A stretch of 42,832 nucleotides of DNA from a virus. Positions 39,780 to 42,832 of this stretch are shown here, in pieces. Location of the stretch: the IMG/VR virus record IMGVR_UViG_3300045988_147372, positions 1 to 42,832 of that record, one strand, 5' to 3'. Numbering within the stretch: position 1 is the stretch's first letter; each line of letters starts with the position of its first letter. The notes below the pieces were generated by a model. That model had not been told where the DNA came from. It searched no databases and saw nothing but the letters and a program-made list of their open reading frames with translations. Position numbers and translations under genes: made by a program.

Positions 39780-39983
39780 ATGAACGGTCCAGATACATTA
39801 AGTGAGGCACACTTCATCGGCCTCATCATTGTTCTTATAGGCGTCTACTTCGCCTTATTTGGGAACAGGCACCGTTGGTTACATTGGCTCATTGACCCTG
39901 ACACACCCGGTAACAATCTCTTGTGGGCAGCCATTTTCATCATTATCGGCGCGCTCATGATGATGGTTAGAAGGATGCAATAA
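39780..39983 (+). CDS. 67-aa two-TM membrane protein
   Basis: Two hydrophobic helices (FIGLIIVLIGVYFALF and LLWAAIFIIIGALMMMV). Confidence 0.5.
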   Translation: MNGPDTLSEAHFIGLIIVLIGVYFALFGNRHRWLHWLIDPDTPGNNLLWAAIFIIIGALMMMVRRMQ

Positions 39984-40057
39984 TTCGACCCCATAAAGGG
40001 GGCTAGTTTTCAGACAAAGAAATAGCCTTCCGCGGAAGGCTTGGAGGTGTACAACTT

Positions 40058-40531
40058 TTGGAGGATCTTTTCCTTACACAAGACCAAGCGAATCGATTAA
40101 CTAAAACAGTCAAGTGCTTCTTAAAACGATACTCTGCAATTTTGAGAGAACGGTCAAAAGGAAAAATGGTCGTCGAGGATAAAGACGGGCGAAATTTTTA
40201 TATTCATTACCTTTTCGCTGCTGGAAACAACCATATTCAATTTATGGACGCAAAAACAAAGCTTACGCTCGTTAGAATTAACCTTAATGACAGCTTTCAC
40301 AAGAATGCTGATGGCTCTATCATCACGGGGAACCGCGTTAATGTTTTCTCGGAATCTGAATATTACGAAAAAGCTGACGGAACAACACACACTAGAGCTT
40401 TCCCACTACCTTATTCTAACATTCGAAATTCAGATGATTTTATCGAAGCACTCCATGACCTGTTGGACTATACAGAAGTAAGACAACAAGATAAACTGAA
40501 CCTAACAATTGAAACGGATTTGTTCAAGTAA
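40058..40531 (+). CDS. Hypothetical 157-aa protein, first gene of a two-gene cassette
   Basis: TTG start behind GGAGGTG. Central motif RINLNDSFHKNADGSIITGNRVNVFSESEYY...AFPLP. Confidence 0.55.
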   Translation: MEDLFLTQDQANRLTKTVKCFLKRYSAILRERSKGKMVVEDKDGRNFYIHYLFAAGNNHIQFMDAKTKLTLVRINLNDSFHKNADGSIITGNRVNVFSESEYYEKADGTTHTRAFPLPYSNIRNSDDFIEALHDLLDYTEVRQQDKLNLTIETDLFK

Positions 40532-40546
40532 AGGAGGCGAAACGCA

Positions 40547-41353
40547 ATGGAGTTTACTAACGCTCAAGTTTCTGAGATTGCAAAAGAGTGGTCTACTTTT
40601 ATCAGAAATAGTTCAAAATTCACTTTGCTTCAAAACGACTCCATCCGCGTCTCAACCCCTTTTTCTGATAGTTTTGGCGATGGCATCGTTATAAACATTC
40701 AGGTTAAAAATAATCGCTACACACTATCGGATCAAGGCTATACAATTTGGAACCTTTCAACGAATGGCATAGATGTGACAAAAAAGGATTCAAACAGAAA
40801 TAGAATTTTGCACTCCTTATTAGCTCCATATCACATCAAACTAGCTAAAGATAACGCCATTCAACAGACTGTCTCACGGCACGATGTACCTCAAGCAATA
40901 ACTGATTTAACTCAGGTTTTAATTAACGTTTCCGATTTGGCATTCCTAAACAGAAACAACACTGCCAGTATTTTTTATGATGATGTTCAAACTTATTTTG
41001 GAGAAAACCGCAATCAATATAGTTTCATCGGGCCTATCTATGTTCCGGGAAAATCTGAAATCAAGTACCGATTTGAATATCTTTTTACCCCAACAACCAA
41101 CGACTTCCGCTTAACAAAGTTGTATACAAATTTGAGCAGAAACACTATGGATGTCATTATTGGTATTCTGAGTGACACAGAATCTTTTCTTAATGCCAAT
41201 TATGGCAGTAATGCCACGTTAAATATTTTAATCGATGGTATCTCTGCTCAAAGCAAACCGTTTGCAGATGGATTGCAAGCGCATGGAATTAATGTTTACG
41301 ATTTTAAAAATAAAGACAAGATAAAAGATGATCTTGCCGTGAAAACTGCTTAA
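40547..41353 (+). CDS. DUF1828/DUF1829-like protein
   Basis: The N-terminus ...WSTFIRNSSKFTLLQNDSIRVSTPFSDSFGDGIVINIQV...YTLSDQGYTIWNLSTNGIDV fits the DUF1828 pattern recalled from memory. RBS AAGGAGG 15 nt after the upstream stop. Confidence 0.5.
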   Translation: MEFTNAQVSEIAKEWSTFIRNSSKFTLLQNDSIRVSTPFSDSFGDGIVINIQVKNNRYTLSDQGYTIWNLSTNGIDVTKKDSNRNRILHSLLAPYHIKLAKDNAIQQTVSRHDVPQAITDLTQVLINVSDLAFLNRNNTASIFYDDVQTYFGENRNQYSFIGPIYVPGKSEIKYRFEYLFTPTTNDFRLTKLYTNLSRNTMDVIIGILSDTESFLNANYGSNATLNILIDGISAQSKPFADGLQAHGINVYDFKNKDKIKDDLAVKTA

Positions 41354-41358
41354 ATTCA

Positions 41359-41384
41359 AGTCCCAAGATGGGGCTTTTATTTTA
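41359..41384 (+). terminator. Intrinsic terminator after the two-gene cassette
   Basis: AGTCCC-aagat-GGGGCT (one G.U), then TTTTATTTT. Confidence 0.5.
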
Positions 41385-41445
41385 ATGGCAAAACGAACAT
41401 ACGTTTGAATTACAAGCTCTAAGAGTTCAAAAGGAGTGCGATATC

Positions 41446-42630
41446 ATGGCATCAATTAGCTCATATAAACTAAAAGATGGCAAAAAGGCCTGGGAATTCT
41501 ATATATTCGCCGGTGTTGATCCGCAGACAGGAAAAGAAATAAAGATTCATCGGCGCGGTTTCCCAACCGAAAAAATAGCCCAGCAAGAAGCCACCTTGGC
41601 TGAAGCCGAAATAATCAAAGGCCACTCTCACTATCAAACTGAAAGAATTTTAATGGCTGATTATCTTAATCAGTGGATCACTGAGCTTAAGGTTAATGTC
41701 AAAGAGGGATCCATGATCATCTATCGATATAACCTTAAGAAATACATTATCCCAAAAATTGGCAATATTCGACTAGCCAAGTACACGCTTAAGGAACATC
41801 AGGAGTTCATCAGTAGCCTATTCAATGATGGCTTGTCTCTTAACACGGTAAAGCTCATCAATGGAACCCTACACAACGCTTTAAAAAAGGCCGTTGCAAT
41901 TGGTTACATTGCTAAAAACCCTACCGTTGGTGTCGAGTTCAGTGCGTATGCTAAAGACAATTCCAAGAAACTTCACTTTTGGACTAAAGATCAAGTTGGA
42001 TCTTTTATAGAAGCAGCTGAAGAAGATAAAGAGCCCATGTGGCTATCATTCTTTGTGACGTTGATCGATTGCGGACTTCGTGTCGGTGAAGCTATGGCTC
42101 TTCGCTGGTCAGACATTGACTTCAACAAAAATACCTTATCAGTCAATGCAACACGAATCTATCGTGCTGAAACTGGATCAAACGCTGGCAAAATAGCGCT
42201 TGATCGTCCCAAAACATTAAGTTCTAAGAGAACCGAATACATGACCGCTCGAGTAAACGATCTTCTTCAACAACAATATGAGCGCCATTTCAGTCACGAA
42301 AATGTACAAGGTTTTCGGTTTTCTACTAGTCACAACAACGATTTCGTTTTCACCTATTCGTCTGATGCAAAGTTTGGTCAACCTCTCCGATCTCGGGCAA
42401 CAACTGGCGCTTTTAATCGCATCGCCAATCGAGCTGGTCTCCCTCACATCCGTATCCATGATTTAAGACACACGCACGCCGTTTTAATGCGTGAGGCAGG
42501 TTTAAGCCTTGATGACATAAAAGATGATCTTGGGCATAAAGACATTTCGACCACTCAAATCTATGCTGAAATCTCCCCAGCAAAAAAGAAAGAAAACCAT
42601 CAGCAATTCGAAAAATACCTAAATCAGTGA
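41446..42630 (+). CDS. int: Tyrosine recombinase (phage integrase)
   Basis: 394 aa. C-terminal catalytic pattern HDLRHTHAVLM...LGHKDISTTQIYAE (R..HxxR..Y). Adjacent to attR. Confidence 0.9.
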   Translation: MASISSYKLKDGKKAWEFYIFAGVDPQTGKEIKIHRRGFPTEKIAQQEATLAEAEIIKGHSHYQTERILMADYLNQWITELKVNVKEGSMIIYRYNLKKYIIPKIGNIRLAKYTLKEHQEFISSLFNDGLSLNTVKLINGTLHNALKKAVAIGYIAKNPTVGVEFSAYAKDNSKKLHFWTKDQVGSFIEAAEEDKEPMWLSFFVTLIDCGLRVGEAMALRWSDIDFNKNTLSVNATRIYRAETGSNAGKIALDRPKTLSSKRTEYMTARVNDLLQQQYERHFSHENVQGFRFSTSHNNDFVFTYSSDAKFGQPLRSRATTGAFNRIANRAGLPHIRIHDLRHTHAVLMREAGLSLDDIKDDLGHKDISTTQIYAEISPAKKKENHQQFEKYLNQ

Positions 42631-42639
42631 ACACAAAAA

Positions 42640-42716
42640 AGCTCCAGAACCTGTGGATAAGTCCGAAGTCTTCACCAAAACTTCACCACGGACTTTTCCA
42701 ACATGATTCTGGAGCT
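42640..42716. repeat. 10-bp inverted repeat enclosing the right-arm sites
   Basis: AGCTCCAGAA (42640..42649) and TTCTGGAGCT (42707..42716), followed by CTTTATTT. Confidence 0.45.
42669..42689 (+). repeat. Candidate integrase arm-type sites (right arm)
   Basis: TCTTCACCAA (42669..42678) and ACTTCACCAC (42680..42689). Same 11-bp register and orientation as 141..161. Confidence 0.5.
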
Positions 42717-42792
42717 CTTTATTTACCACATTCTAAATCGCGCAAGTCCTTGATACTAAAGGCGTGCGTTCAATTCCTTGGTCATGTCCTCA

Positions 42793-42832
42793 TAACCCGG
42801 ACGGCCGAGCAATGCGAACATGTTCTTCTTGT
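42793..42832. repeat. attR core (direct repeat of 1..40)
   Basis: 40/40 identity with 1..40. Confidence 0.85.

Larger units (their letters stand above)
1..42832. mobile_element. Complete integrated temperate prophage (siphovirus-type gene order) flanked by att direct repeats
   Basis: Identical 40-bp repeats at both window ends. Integrase lies inside the right end. All modules are present: lysogeny, replication, packaging, head, tail, lysis. Confidence 0.9.

Overview
The window is one complete ~42.8-kb temperate siphovirus-like prophage, bounded by identical 40-bp direct repeats (attL 1..40, attR 42793..42832). Gene content suggests a Lactobacillaceae host (inference): LL-H-type holin, Sec-signal GH25/LysM endolysin, ArpU late regulator, XRE/ImmA lysogeny module and frequent TGnTATAAT extended -10 boxes. 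Minus strand, right to left: Cro-side early genes (36.0..33.5 kb); RecT / PD-(D/E)XK exonuclease / DnaD-like / SSB module (33.5..30.4 kb); DUF1064-like nuclease and a truncated C5-methyltransferase (29.4..28.7 kb); ArpU (27.4 kb); TerS/TerL/portal/head (23.1..15.2 kb); tail (15.2..3.3 kb); lysis (3.1..0.9 kb). Plus strand: CI-like repressor, ImmA-like protease, ~4.3 kb of lysogeny-side cargo (membrane proteins, BioY, PNPOx-like protein, a two-gene cassette) and a tyrosine integrase. Most unusual observations: (i) two ORF-free blocks (24359..24964 and 28067..28580) each resolve into five tandem mini-units (promoter, then 54-106 nt, then intrinsic terminator) on the strand opposite the lytic genes; array B has a co-varying 5'-GGAG / 3'-CUCC closing helix. 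(ii) Between the arrays lies a ~530-nt GC-rich ORF-free leader with a tRNA-like element and a 10-bp helix burying the RBS of a low-GC GNAT-like/ASCH + ASCH operon. (iii) A CCCAAAA -1 frameshift site fuses the major tail protein to an Ig-like domain. (iv) A type I toxin-antitoxin-like locus sits at the left end. All functional calls come from reading translations and motifs by eye; no database search was run.
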